From Octopus sinensis (lineage: Eukaryota), in contig NC_042998.1 of the NCBI RefSeq assembly GCF_006345805.1, positions 9,734,001-9,798,000 on the forward strand: DNA of 64,000 bases. Direction: 5' to 3'. Positions 49,871 to 63,996 of this stretch are shown in pieces (the first letter of the stretch is position 1; the number at the start of each line of letters is the position of its first letter). The notes below the pieces were generated by a model. The model saw only the letters and a program-made list of their open reading frames with translations. It was not told the origin of the DNA and did no database searches. The translations under genes were made by a program, and so were the position numbers.

Positions 49871-52515
49871 TATTTGATCTCTGGTTAGATAAGATTGAGT
49901 AGCTTGGCATTGTAAACTAGTTTTCCAAACACCAGTAGAATAAATAGAAAAATTTATCAGAAAAAATGTAAGGGTTCGTGACAGAAAGAGCATCCAGCCA
50001 TAAAATACTGCCTCAGATATGACCACCACCAATAGATGCCAACATGTAAAAATGGACATTAAATAAATGACTAAATAAATTAATGTTCTTAATTTGTTTT
50101 AACAATCAAAGCAAAGGACATGTAGGAGCTCTGTATGTAGGATAATTAATCATCCGAGTCACCAATCTGTGACAGCAAAAACTTGTAACAGTAGAGGCTG
50201 AAATTTATTGCAACATCGTGTTGTAAGATGTGAAAGATGAACAATGCATGAAGTTTTAAGGAAATATTTATTTTTACCATTACATTATATATACCCTGCC
50301 TTGACGAGCAGGTAATAAAATCCAAAAGCATGTGAAGTAAAGATAGATGTCTTAGATTCTCCTTGTATAATTTGTGTTTATGTTCTCGTCATTGTGGAGT
50401 AGTAATTACAGATGGAGATAGAGTGATGTTGTAAAAGAAAATAAAGTGAGTTAATGAGAGTGAGAGAGTCAGGGCAAGTTGTCTCATAGTTGCTGATTGT
50501 AAACTTCATTTCTCCCTCTGACTATTTGGCTTTAGTAGCTGCCTGCTTGTGACCTGACTTGAGTTGTCACTCACTGACTAACTGATTGAGTTGTCACTAA
50601 CTGACTAACTGAGATGTCACCAAATGACTAACTGATTTTTGCTTGGGGGTTCTTGTTTTTATAACTATCCAGAAGGATTGACATATCGATGAGAACAATG
50701 GATTTAGTTGGTGGTACTTGTTATCTTAATTCTAGCTTTTGGTGGCCTATAAGAGGTTAGAAGGGTCAAGTGGCAAAGACATTATTTTGCTTAGCTAAGG
50801 CATCTGACAACTGTAAACTGTCACTCAGAAAAACTATTGTTTTACCCTGTAAAAAGTTCTGTTGAAGTGTTAATTTAAATTTGGCTCTGGTGGATCAAAT
50901 CTACTTCATGCCTGCAATGATTCACTACAGATATGAGACATTTTGGTGCAGCTCTTTTGATGCCACCTATTTGGCATCACTGATTCATTTGGTATTTTTT
51001 TCTTTTCATCTCCCCCCCTCTCCCTCTCTCTTTCACCTCCCCTCTCTCTCTCATCTCCCCTCTCTCTCTCTCATCTACCCCCTCTCTCATCTCTCCCTTT
51101 CTGTTTATGTCTGAAGATATTTCTTTATGTCTATGAGAGGGAAAATGTTTGTCAGTTGTGTTCAATTAATAAATTTTAATTTCTCTCACTTTCATCCCCT
51201 CTCCCACTCTCAACCTCTCTCTCACTCTCACCCTCTCTATCTGTAAATGTATGTTTCTGTATGTGTATGTGTGTGTGTGTGTGTGTGTGCTTGTGCACAC
51301 ACATGCATCTTTTGCTGATATTCGTCCCACCCAAGTTGCCCAATTTCCTGTCATGCTCACAAATATGACTACAATGGCCCATTATGACCTATGATAATTG
51401 TATTATTCACAAAAGGGCAGTAAAAAAACATGGCATAAATCTATAACAGCAGTTGGTGAATGAATGAGGAAAATGTGGAAATGGGACCTGACAACTGGAG
51501 ATGAAATGAACTGGAAAACAACGATTTATTCTCCACTATAAAATACAATGTTTGCCGAACATGAAATAAAATAACATAACAGGTTACAACAAAGATGTGT
51601 GAAGGACTTCTTGGTTAGGCTGGACTTTTTATCTTGTAGACGTATTTGATGTACTGTTTGGTGGTTTGCAGAGGCAGCCGTTGGTCTGTTGGTTGTGTGA
51701 TGTTCATACAGCAACAATATAGGCAGGTGTCTAGTGTAGATGAAAGCGGAGACTGGCTGGTGTCAGGTACATCGTTGCCAGAGATGAGTTGCATGTGGTT
51801 AATGTCATGTGTCAAAGACAAAGTATAGCCAAGAACTGTTGTTCTTATAGAGATCAGTAGGCTTCCACAAACTGGTGATTAATTTCCTGCATAAGGAAAA
51901 ACAAACTGTTGTACTAACATGATTTGACGGTTGAAAGCCGACCAATACAAACAGCAACAGGTTCGTTTAATCATGGGGTCATGTGTCCTGCTGGAATGAA
52001 AAGGGCTTGTGGAGCCAATATTTGGGTATTTAAGCCTAGATAAGTCAAAATGGAAACAACTCACACATAATGACAGGGTAAATCACTTCTGCTACAAATC
52101 TATTAGCTTCTGTGTTGATATTAACTAACTTTGTCACCCATAAAATGTCAAAAACATTTTCACATTACATCACATGCTTTTCAAATACTTCAAAAGTGGT
52201 AATATTTATCTATGAGTAATCTATAATCATAAAATATGAGTGTTTAAATGTGAATGTAAATTACAAAATATGTAAATTGTGATAAGTATTAAGTTAGAGA
52301 TATTGTTTACATAAAAATGATGTAAATATTTACAATTGGTTTATTTGTATAATAGGATGGCTATTGTAAGTTTAAAAGGAAACATTCACATCTTCGTCAT
52401 TACAGAAATTTACACACCATTTATGAAAGCTTTACAAAATACGTCTGAATAAACAATCAAATTGTAAAAAATAGTAATGTGTTGATACAGACAAACAATG
52501 CTAAATACAAATCCA

Positions 52516-53865
52516 ATCATCATCATCATCATCATCGTTTAATGTCCACTTTCCATGCTAGCATGGGTTGGACGATTTGACTGCACCAGGCTCCAATCTT
52601 GATCTGGCAGAGTTTCTACAGCTGGATGCCCTTCCTGAGGCCAACCACTCCGAGAGTGTAGTGGGTGCTTTTACGTGCCACCAGCATGGGGGCCAGACAG
52701 GCGGTACTGGCATCGCCCTCGCTCAAATGTTTTTTCATGTACCAATGGCACAAGCGCCAGTAAGGCAATGCTGGTAACAATCACGGTCGAATGGTGCTTT
52801 TTACGTGCCACCGGCATGGAAGCCAGTTAGCTGCTCTGGCAACGATCATGCTCATATGGTACTCTTAGCGCCCCACTAGCACGGATGCTAGCCACCGAAT
52901 TTGATTTCGATTTCACTTACCTCAACAGGTCTTCGCAGGCAGAGTTTAGTGTCCAATGAAGGAAAAGTATGCATAAGTGGGCTGGTTACGCCCCTGGCAT
53001 AGGCCACGAGGTTATGGTCTCATTTGACTTGCCAGGTCTTCTCAAGCACAGCATATTTCCAAAAGTCTCAGTCACTAGCCATTGCCTCGGTGAGGCCTAA
53101 TGTTCAAAGGTCATGCTTCACCACTTCATCCCAGGTCTAACGGAAGCTATCAACTACTTCTAGTTTTTCTCCCTGGAATGTGGCAGAAGTTGTTCTCTGC
53201 ACATTTTCAGTGTTTATTGCTCCTGAGCATCTGCCACATACAAAAACTATCTTCCCAGTCAACCTTCCTTTGATATTGCTGCACCTCTTATGTGTCCAAA
53301 ACTTACACTGAGTACATCTTATAGAGTTTCTACCTACGCCTTTACTACAGATCGAGCAGGGCCATCTACCTGAAGGGATTTGTGGTTTGCCTGCCTTCCT
53401 ACTTATTGGACTTTTGTTTTAGCTAGGTTGACTCTAAGGCCCTTCAATTCTAATCCTTGTTTCCACACCTGATAGTGACTCAGCAATTAGAGCAAGGTCA
53501 TCAGCATAGAGAAGCTCCCAGGGGCATTATATCTTGAATTCCTCTGTTATTGCTTGGAGGACTATGATAAATAGGAGGAGGCTAAAGACTGAACCTTAGT
53601 GGACCCACACCTCCACCTGGAATTCTTCACTGTACTCGTTGCCAACCCTCACCTTACTGACAGCATCCCTGTACATGGCTTGCACAGCTCTCACTAACCA
53701 TTCATCTATCCCTAGTTTCCTCATTGACCACCAGATAAGGGATTGGGGGACCCTGTCAAAAGCTTTCTCGTGTCAACAAAAGCCAGGTACAGAGGTTTGT
53801 CTTTGGCTAGGTATATTTCTCCTGCAGCTGTCTTACCAGAAATATAGCATCAAACACATAAATCT
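52516..53865 (-). mobile_element. RTE LINE 3' portion: RT fragment, ORF2 end, minisatellite-bearing 3' UTR, (GAT)n tail
   Basis: The ORF2 end KTWDEVVKHDL...KYAVLEKT runs into the 3' UTR that occurs as many short truncated copies in the window. An LLYADDL-type motif is near 53510. Confidence 0.88.
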
Positions 53866-54682
53866 CTTTCTTAGTTTCAATTAACAATGGAAATGAACTA
53901 GAACTGACACACTTTCCCATTGCTATAACTCTTTTGGTTCAGCAAATAAAACAAGAAACTGCAGTGAGCGAAATGTGGGAACATGTATTGATTTGACAAT
54001 ACACCAATATGCTATCACAAACCTATCTACTACATATGTGGGAAATTCTGTTTGTGGGTGTGTTTGCAGAGTTGTTAGCTAACTCTTCCTACATCTTTTT
54101 ATCGATTTTGATGAAATTTGACACTTGAGTAGAACTCATGTCTGGCATACTCAGGTTGTTGACAAAATCGATAATAGGACCCCTGGAAGGGATCCCTATA
54201 TATACCTAATATATTTTCTTTTAACAGCTATATAAGCCATATAAGTATTCCCTGGAAGGGATACTTATATATAGCCAAGGGAAATAACCCATTGATTTTC
54301 CTAAATTATTTGGTATAAATCAAGTTGAGTATACTTATTTCTTAGTATTTGAACTGTTATTTTCGAAATTTATCCAGTACAACCCTTATACAAGTAAATA
54401 ATATTTTCCTAAACAACAGATCCACTTATTTAGTGCCTTATTCACAAATATACCAACACTAGTACTGCTGAGGGTAATATTCTTTGGGAACACACAAAAG
54501 CCCTTTTCAGAATTATTTACTTTGAATTGTTATTATCTCATATCTGATTAGCCTCTTATTACGTAAAATGCTTAGCGATTTTAGTGGCATGTCATCTGTC
54601 ATTATGTTCTGAGTTCAAATGCTTCCAAGGTCAACTTTGCCTTTCTTCCTTTCAGAGTTGTTAAAATAAATATGAGTTGAAC

Positions 54683-54885
54683 ACTGGCTAGGATGGGATG
54701 GAGAGGCCACATGCTATGAAAGCCTGCACCAAATGTCACCAAGCAGGCCCTTGACTGGAACCCACAGGGAAAGTGAAAAGTGGGCCAACCAAAACAGTTT
54801 TGGTGAGCACTGTTGACGCAGCGGTGAGGGCAGCTGGAATGGTGTGGGCTGAGCTGAAGGTGATCCTCCCCTGAGAAATCAAGGG
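54683..54885 (+). mobile_element. RTE-clade LINE fragment inside a SINE cluster
   Basis: WGWRGHML*KPAPNVTKQALDWNPQGK. Confidence 0.7.
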
Positions 54886-55908
54886 GCCTAACGAAAACTG
54901 GCATCAATGTAATCGACTTACTTCCTACCCTAAACTTGATAGCCCTGTGCCAAAATTTGAAATCAAAATTCCTTTCTATTATAAGGTGGTGAGCTGGCAG
55001 AATCATTAGTATGCCAGGCAAAATGCTTCATGGCCTTTCATCCATCTTTACATCCTGAGTTCAAATTCTGCCAAGGTTGACTTTACCTTTCATCATTTCA
55101 GGCTCGATAAAATGAGTAGCAGTTAAGCATTGGGGTCGATGTAATGGACTTACTCCTTCCGCCGAACTTGCTGGCTTTGTGCCAAAATTTGAAATCAATA
55201 TTTCCTTCTACTATAGGTATAAGGACTGAAATTTGGAGGGAGTGGAAGTGGGTTATCGATTACATTAACCCCAGGTAATGAGTTGTAAGAAATACTGCCA
55301 AGCATTTTATCCAACATGCTAAGTATCAGCTCACTGTATTATGTTTCCTAGAATATTATTTAATTTTTCACTAAATATATTGGCTGTGTGATTAAGAAAT
55401 TTGCTTCCTAGCCCTGAAGTCTTGGGTTCAGTCCCATTGTGTAGCTCTTTGGACAAGTCTTCTACTATAGCCCTTGGTCAACTAAAGCCTCGTGAGGCAT
55501 GGTTTCTATGGTTGGATGCCTTACTGACACCAACTACAGAATGTGCTGAATGCTTTTTATCATGGCTTCACCTTTAAAAAGCTTATAATGCATTTGACAA
55601 GATTAAAGAGTTCCCACTACATTATGTTGTTGCTGCTTGTCTGCCAGCCATTTTACAGAAAATACAGGTTGTATTTTATTGTGTGTGTGTGTATGTGTGT
55701 TTGCACACACACACACACACACACAAATAAACATAAAACAAATGTGTTTGTGTGAATGGCAACTCTTACTTGTTTTCATTCAAGGTAATACTTTCCCATG
55801 GTTAGGCATGTTTTCACAAAGGATTGGACTTGAAGGTCATTATTTGTATGATGGTAGCATTGTTTTATTATCACAATGTCATGACAAGGACACATAACGC
55901 ACGCACAG

Positions 55909-55958
<50 letters not shown>

Positions 55959-56233
55959 ATACACATACACACACACATTCCAATAGTTAGTAGTTTCATA
56001 AGATATATGACTTCTTTGATTTATGCCACAGTTTATAAAATGCCAACCAGTCTGCCATAAATCATGCCCTTGGACAGATTCTTGTTAGGTGTACATTGGC
56101 TGCAATCATAAAATCTGTAGTCTCCTCAAGCAGCATTTCATTGTCATCATAAATACTTTTGGTCTATTTTTTTTAAATTGCAACAATATTTAAAAATGTG
56201 GATTTGCAGAACCTGATTTCTTAGAATGATATA

Positions 56234-57237
56234 CAGTAATGCCTCAAGATATGAATTAATCTGTTCCCAGAGACTGTTTACAAAGAGAAAACTCATAAAG
56301 GAGAGCAATAATTTCCCACAGTAGCAATTTTATAAATTGTAATTCATTCCCAGAAAAATATTTTACTTATAAAATTTACAATACTCATAAATAAATGGCA
56401 AAAATCCAACAGTAGAATGTAAACAATATTTTATGCAAAGTAAAAAGCATGTCAAGATCATTTATAATAAAAAAATATTGTCATTGTAATTGTTTTCTGA
56501 ATCACTTTCACTCACACTGAACTTGTGCACACCATCACTTGTAGATGCAAACACCAATTCACAAGCACTCATAGACAGACTTAAGATTTCTTTCTCAAAA
56601 ATAAGTTTAGAGTTGTTTGCTTAGAAGAAGCTTTGGATCTTTTCGGTTTGAACGGCAATTTTTTCTAGCAGTGTCATATGAAATTGTCACTCATAATTAT
56701 GACCCTAGTATCGATCTATTGCATTTCTATCTGTTTTAGGGTTAGAGTTAAAGTTAGGGGTGGGGGGAAGGGTATCTTTTTTCTTCGGAAATGTAAATAA
56801 ACCCAATCTGTTTCTTAAACAAGGAACATATTCATACGGCACAGAATGTTTTTTACCTCAATAGATGTCAGTGATTGGTTGAAATTGCAGAAATTGAAGA
56901 AAAAAATAACAAATATCTTACAAACTGTAGAATTTTCTCAATAAAGCCAAGAGAAAAAGATGTTTTATAAACACATTCTATCAGTATACGAAGTTTAAAA
57001 TTTTTTAGTTACCTAGAAATTATGTTAAAAACTGCCGTTCAAACCAAAATGATCCGAAGCTTTTTTTCTCTCTATATAAATTTCTTGGTAACATGCAGAA
57101 GCATTTGTTATGGTAGCAGAGACTTTTGCCCTTCATTCAAAATTTGGATCTTGTGCTTGAATAAGTTATTATAAAATAAACTTGTAAACCCAGATCTCTC
57201 TCATAAAGCGGGTCCTCATAAAATGAGGTATTACTTG
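56234..57237. mobile_element. Tigger/pogo-like MITE hosting a nested MITE
   Basis: TA|cagtaatgcctcaagatatg ... atgaggtattacttg. Confidence 0.55.
56635..57055. mobile_element. MITE with GG-initiated ~29-bp TIRs and 8-bp TSD
   Basis: The left TIR is ggatcttttcggtttgaacggca; the right TIR, reverse-complemented, is ggatcattttggtttgaacggca. GAAGCTTT lies at 56627-56634 and 57056-57063. Confidence 0.8.
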
Positions 57238-57619
57238 AACTAAGACTTATTCAAAGCTAATGTCTGTTTATTTGATTAAAAAACTTTGAAGTAAATTTAT
57301 GAGGAACTACAATGTGGTTAAAGATCAACATTTAAAAATTAACTAATAATAAAAAAATAGACACACACGGTCATGGCCGTGGCTGTGTGGTGAGAAGTTT
57401 GCTTCCCAAGTACACTGGTTCTGAATTCAGTCTCACTGCATGGTACCTTGAACATGTGTCTACTGCTATAATCCTGGATTGACAAACACTTTCTGAATAG
57501 ATTCAGTGGATGGGAACTGAAAGAAGCCTGTTGTCTATATGACAACATTGCTTTATGGTGCTGGGTCTCGGACTTGGTACTGAAAACACATCAATCAGCT
57601 TCACGCTTTTCATATGTGA

Positions 57620-58110
57620 TGTTTGCATACTATCTCCAATATAAAACCAAGTGGCCATATTCATAACATTGAGGTGCTTACAAAAAGCAACATATCAGGT
57701 ATTGAAGCCAGCTTAGATGGTCAGGTCATCTCTCATGTATGAATGATATCAGAATTCCAAAGCAACTTCTCTTTGGCCAGTTCCCCAACAGGAAGGTCAA
57801 TTGGAAGGCCACTCTTGCGATTCAAAGACAAGCTAACAAACAATCTGAAATGATGCAACATTCCCTTTTCTTCTGGGGAAAACAAAGCATCAGAATGCAG
57901 AACCTGGCACCAATCCTGCTTCTCCACAGTTCAAAAATTCGAGCAAAATTGACTCCAACACCAAGACCAACTTCATGCAAGCATGAAGGCATGGTGGCAA
58001 AACGCTGCTCCTCTAAATGGAAATCTTACCTCTCATTGCGGTATTGTGGTACGAAGCAAAGCAGGCCTAGCCATCCACCCAAGAAAACACACAGTAAATA
58101 ATCCACAAGC
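57620..58110 (+). mobile_element. RTE-BovB-like LINE C-terminal fragment
   Basis: LRWSGHLSCMNDIRIPKQLLFGQ...IGRPLLRFKDKL across frameshifts. Confidence 0.75.
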
Positions 58111-58149
58111 TCTCAAAACTGCACCTTCAACTTGTTCCCTTCAACTTGC

Positions 58150-59080
58150 TCAGAGGTGCTTTTTTACATGCCACCTGCATGGGTTCTGCCAGTAGAGATA
58201 GGGGCTCTCAGAACTTTGCCCAGCCTAATCTTATTCTTTCAGTTACACTTTCGGAACATCCACCTCTGCTGCTAACTCAGTCACCTAGATAATGGACGCT
58301 ATCAACTACCTCTAGCTTACCCCACTGGTATTTGATGGAGTCTATTTTCTGTACATTTTCAGTGTTTATTGTACCTGTGCATCTTCCACATACAAAAGCT
58401 ATTTTTCCTGTTAACCTTCTTCTGATATTACTGTACCTTTTATGTGTCCAAAGCTTACATTGTGTGCATCTTATGGAATTTCTACCTCTGCCTTTTCTAC
58501 AGATTGAGCAGGTCCATCTATCTGAAGGGATTTGTGATTTGTCTGCCTTCTTACTAAGATCTTGGTTTTTGCTAGGTTAACTCTAAGGCCCTTTGATTCT
58601 AGACCTTGCTTCCATACCTGAAACTTCTCTAATTCTGGTAGTGATTCAGCAATAAGAGCAAGGTCATCAGCATACATGAGCTCCCAGGGGCAGCTCATCT
58701 TAAATTCTTGTTATTATCTGAAGGGCTATGATGAACAAAAAGAAGCTGAGGACCGATCCTTGGTGAACCCTTACTTGTATCCTGAATTCTTTGCTGAACT
58801 TGTTGCCAACCCTCACTTTACTGGTAGCATCCCTGTACATGGATTGTATAGCTCTCACCAACTACTCATCTATCCCTAGATTCTGCATTGACCACCAGAT
58901 AAGGGACTGGAGAACCCTGTCAAAGGCTTTCTCCATGTCAACAAAAGCCAAGTACAGAAGTTTATCTTTGGCTAGGTATTTCTTCTGCAGCTGCCTTACC
59001 AGAAATATAACATCAGTGGTGCTTCTGCCTTGAACAAAGCCAAACTGAATCTCATCTAGACTAACTCACTCTCTATTAGT
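58150..59080 (-). mobile_element. RTE LINE RT fragment
   Basis: CPWELMYADDLALIAESLPELEKFQVWKQGLESKGLRVNLAKTK. Same family as 53150-53865. Confidence 0.9.
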
Positions 59081-59957
59081 TGGGCTATGACTCTCTCTTT
59101 CATATATATATATATATTTATATATGTGTGTATGTGTGTGCTTATGCCACATAGAAAGCACTAAGTTCACTCTGCTGAGTGGTTGGTGTTGGGAAGGGCA
59201 ACCGTCTTTAAAATTCCTGCCATAACAGTCACAGAAGTCTGGTGCAGACTTCGGCCTGGCTGGCTCTTGTGGTATTGTCCCACCCTTGGCACACGGACAT
59301 TAAATAATGATGATGATGATGATATATATATAAGGATATATATAAATGTTAGATCCAAGAGTCAAGGTGTAGGAAGAAAATATAAAAGGCATGCGAATAG
59401 AAGGATAGATGGGACTGAAAAAGCAAGAGACAGAAGCAGGAGAAATCAGGAATCGGACACTTGGAGAGCTGAGCATAAAAGCAGGAAACATCATGAATTA
59501 GCTGCACATCATACAATTACGAATGGAACAAAAGAGGTTTTGTATAAATCAGACCTCTGGTCTTTGAGATACATTGTTTTATCAGGTACTTTTATAAATA
59601 GCCAAATTGACATATAATGGGAAAAATACTTTGAAAGTAAGCTGCCATTGAAATGTGAATACACATGGAATAACAAGAGTCTTGCATGAATCAGAGCACA
59701 GATTCTCACGATACGTGGGATTTCTGGATACCTTGAACTATTGATGACCCGACAAGTCACAGGTAGTCTAATCTAGTATATATATAAAGTCTGCTTTGCC
59801 TTGACATTGATGAAAATTTACTCACAGGAAAGTTAAGAGAGAGAACTCCTAAAATTTCAATTAACCAAAAATTAAATTTAATTAACAGCGGAGTGAGTTT
59901 GATATTTGGTAGCCATGGTAACAACTCTGAACATTGCTTTGGGTTTGTTAGACCTAC

Positions 59958-60259
59958 TTAGTTAGTTAGTTAGTTAATTTTTGGCTCAAAAAGCAAAAAG
60001 CAAGGCCATGTAGGGGGACATGGAGTTATGTACAGGGTGGTGTTCATGTAAAGAGTTCAGGCCACTTGAGGTCAAGGGAGACTTTGAACCGAGCGGTCGT
60101 CGGCATCTTCACTATCTCATCTGGCAGCTTATTCCATGGATCCGCAACCCGGACGGAGAAAGCCCCTCTCCTTCAATTGAGATGAAATCATCGCAGATAG
60201 AGCTTTTTGGAATGACCCCGCAGCCGACGCTCTGGAGCAGGAGTGAAGGACAGCTCTTT
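59958..60259 (-). mobile_element. CR1-type LINE 3' fragment, same family as 6700-7126
   Basis: Near-identical reverse complement, including the 3' UTR and tail. Confidence 0.85.
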
Positions 60260-62470
60260 ACTTAGTATAGCATAGTCTATTTGATAACTGCTAAGAACTT
60301 GGAATGACTAATATGAATAGGTGTCTAAGTGAAGAACATTCACTCAGTAGGAAAATTGACAAAATGAAACATTTGGGATATTTTCTAATGTTATTGTTTT
60401 AATTTTCCTAAAGGCAGCAGGATGGGTGAATCGTTAGTATGTTAGACAAAATGCTTAGTGGCATTTCTTCTGACTCTTAACATTCTGAGTTCAAATTCAA
60501 CTGAGGTCAACTTTACTTTTCATTGTTTCAAAGTTGATAAAATAAACACTAGGCGCAGGTGTGGCTGTGTGGTAAGTAGCTTGCTAACCAACCACATGGT
60601 TCCAGGTTCTGTCCCACTGTGTGGCACCTTGGGCAAGTGTCTTCTACTATAGCCTCAGGCCGACCAAAGCCTTGTGAGTGGATTTAGCGGTTCAGCATAA
60701 GTACCAGGCTTACAAAGAATAAGTCTTGGGGTTGATTTGCTCAACTAAAGCCAGTGCTCCAGCATGGCCACAGTCAAAATGACTGAAACGAATAAAAGAA
60801 AAGTAAAAGAAAAAAAACTAGTCAAGTACTTTGATTGATGTAATTGACTTCCTCTCTCCTCAAAATTACTGGCAACCTTTGTCACGAAATAATCATCTTT
60901 CTAAATAGTAAATGCCTTTGATGAAAAAATATCTACTTCTATTAGTCATTCTGAGAAGTTGATAGACTATACTTTGCTGAGGAGGTACAATAAAACCAAA
61001 ACATGAGCAAAGTTATGTTGTCACCGTGGTTGCTAGTGGTCAGATGCAGTTTACTCCCACCTCAACCTCACAAATATTCAATGAAAGTAATTTTTAATCA
61101 AGGACAGAATAGTTAAGACACAAAGTGTCTTACAAAGCAAAAAGGTAAAAGTTTAACTTCTTAGCATTTAAACCAGTTTAAATGCTCTTAATTTTTAAAT
61201 TGATTGAAATTTTGAGAACCACTTCTTAAGAATAAACCATCATTTAAACTAATAACTTTTTCTCATTACGATTTTAATATCAATTAATTAAAAGGATATT
61301 TTTGGCTCACCATGTCTGGCAATGAGTACCCACCACTGAAGAGATCCAAGGCAGTTCGAAATCATGGGGTCTGGCGGTCTTGAAGCTAGGGTGGCAGGAG
61401 TTATCTCCCTCTTGCAATAAATATCAGGTTCAAGTGCACTGAATAAACCAGTTGGAGGAGATGTCTTCCTGGGGTTAAATAGCAATATCCCATTTATATT
61501 CTGATCCCAGTCCCTTGTGAGTATGCCTGGCACTTTGCCACCATCTCTATCCTTCTGTCTCCCACTATCTCTCTCTCCTTCTCCTGCTCTTTCTTCAGAA
61601 TGGGTAACCATGCATAGCATTTGCAGCAGCACATCTGTTTCTGTCCTCATTCCTGCTCTGTCTGTCTGTCAGTCTCTCTCTCCAGCCAAGTAACCTTGTA
61701 CCTCCTCTACAGCAAGACACCAGTTTCTGTCTCTCTGTCTCACGATAAACTTTCATCATCTGATCACCTCCTGCAATTTCCCCTCCTCTCTCAAAAGATT
61801 TTTGTCTTGCAAGTTACTTGGTGACCCTGTCAGTGCAGGTGCCACTTAAAAGGCATCCAGTCTACCCTGTAAGGGTATCCAGCTGTAAAAACCTTGCCAA
61901 AACTGACCTTACCTGTGCATGTGCCATGTAAAAAGTACTAAGTCCACTCTGCTGGGTGATTGGTGTTAAGAAGGGCATCCAGCTGAAAAATCCTGCCAAA
62001 ACGGTTACAGAAGTCTGGTGCAGGCTTCTGCCTGACTGGCTCCTGTCAAACCATTCCACCCATGCCAGTATGGAAGGTGGACGTTAAATGATAATAATGT
62101 TTTAAAGTGATTTAAATTAAAACCTATTAAAATTTATGTTAATTTATGTTCCAAACATTAATTAATAACAACAAAGTTATTTTATTAATTGAAGCAAAAG
62201 CATTATACTTCAACAGAAATATGATAATCAAAGGGTGAAAGAAACATATATTTACTAAATACACCACAAATTGTAACAAAACACATAAAATATTCTGTGT
62301 CTTTTAACATCATGGCTAAATATGTAAAACGATGTTCATTTGTATCTCTTATTGTAAGTCAACTTATTTAAAATCAATGAATTATTTATCATTATTTTGC
62401 TGTTATTTGTGCAGCTGCAACTAAGAAAACAAATTATGTTGTGCATTCTCCTGCTTGATCAAATACTATA

Positions 62471-62681
62471 CAAAGGGGTGCTGAAAATTTCTTGGCTTTG
62501 AATAAATACAAGAGGATCGGTTAATAATAATTTTAATCAACATATTCCCACCTCAGGTTCACACACTTGTTGCAGCAATCCTTCAGTTTTCTAAGCCTCA
62601 TAAAAGAACTCAAAAGCTTGGGTCTCACACCAGGCCTTTCATGATACTCTTACAGCTGGGAACTTTTCAGCAACCACCTCA
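62471..62681. mobile_element. mariner-type MITE
   Basis: TA|caaaggggtgctgaaaa ... ttttcagcaaccacctca|TA, with imperfect TIRs. Confidence 0.7.
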
Positions 62682-62750
62682 TATGTGTATTAAGCTAAAG
62701 TTAACATTTAAAATGCAATGACATTTTTTTTTTTGTATTTTCCATTTAGG

Positions 62751-63550
62751 ATAATAATGATAATAATGAAATTAATTGTATACAGTGCTCAGGTGCACCA
62801 CAACTTGTCAGAAAGTGCATATAAAGTACATGCAGTAATGTAGAAATGTCTGGAAAGTGAACAGTGTATGAGTCAGATACATGCTTGTGTGTGTATGGAG
62901 GGGAGAAAATCAAGTGTAGTGTTGGCGAATCTCAGGAAGCATGGAAGTTTTGAAGGATGCAGTGCTCCGACAACTAACAACTGATGCCGGCAGTTTGTTC
63001 CATGCTTCAGCAACTCTCAGCGTGAAAAAATGTTTCTGAAAGTCATAGGAGCTGTGCTGTTTTCTGACTTTGTAAATATGTCCACGGGTGTTAGACGGGT
63101 GGAGTTTGAAAAGGTGCTCAGAGTTATTGTTTGTAAGATGGTTGATAATTTTATGGGTGTCTGCCAAGTCAGCTGCCAGACATCGGAGTTTCAATGTATC
63201 CATGCCCAGGGAAGTAAGGCGTTCAGGATATGGCAAATGCCTGATGGAGGGTATTCTTTTGGTTGCACGTCGCTGAACAGCTTCCAGACGATTGAGATCC
63301 TGGGCAAGATAGGGGTTCCAGACCGGTGATGCAAATTCCAGGTGAGGTCTTACCATAGCTACATAAAGCCGCAGATAGATAGCCGGAGAGCGGCTCACAA
63401 AGGATTTGGTGAGTGATGCCAAGACACCCTCAGCCTTCTTGACAATTTTAGCGATGTGTTTTGTCCAACGCAAATCACTGTCGACAATAACACCCAGGTT
63501 ACGTTCACATGAAGACTTTTTGAGACTAGTGTTGTGGAGGATTGAATAGC
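62751..63550 (-). mobile_element. CR1-type LINE 3' fragment (ORF2 C-terminus, 3' UTR, TAT tail)
   Basis: The 187-aa ORF includes VRPHLEFASPVWNPY, LEAVQRRATK and FFTLRVAEAWNKLP. Confidence 0.92.
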
Positions 63551-63771
63551 TTACTCTTTTACTCTTTTACTTGTTTCAGTCATTTAACTGCGGCCATGCT
63601 GGAGCACCGCCTTTAATCGAGCAACTTGACCCCGGGACTTATTCTTTTGTAAGCCCAGTACTTATTCTATCGGTCTCTTTTGCCGAACCGCTAAGTGACG
63701 GGGACGTAAACACACCAGCATCGGTTGTCAAGCAATGCTAGGGGGACAAACACAGACACACAAACACACGC

Positions 63772-63830
<59 letters not shown>

Positions 63831-63996
63831 TACGACAGGCTTCTTTCAGTTTCCGTCTACCAAATCCACTCACAAGGCATTGGTCGGCCCGGGGCTATAG
63901 CAGAAGACACTTGCCCAAGATGCCACGCAGTGGGACTGAACCCGGAACCATGTGGTTGGTTAGCAAGCTACTTACCACACAGCCACTCCTGCGCCT
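63551..63996 (-). mobile_element. SINE-B full length
   Basis: Same family consensus. Confidence 0.92.

Noticed and set aside
50561-50638. Three copies of a ~25-bp unit (gagttgtcactaactgactaact)
   Set aside because: A short decayed minisatellite with no associated structure I can support.
51500-52060. Non-repetitive-looking segment with several 60-68 aa ORFs
   Set aside because: No recognisable motif, splice-consistent exon or ribozyme core. It is left unannotated pending a database search.
56736-56760. Telomere-like TTAGGG units
   Set aside because: Only two perfect units are present, inside a MITE. This is not an interstitial telomere.
61288-61650. 120-aa ORF with a faint resemblance to the Tc1/mariner WPxxSPDL motif (LASRPPDP)
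   Set aside because: One weak motif, half of the ORF is low-complexity repeat, and no TIRs or DD34E/D context are visible.
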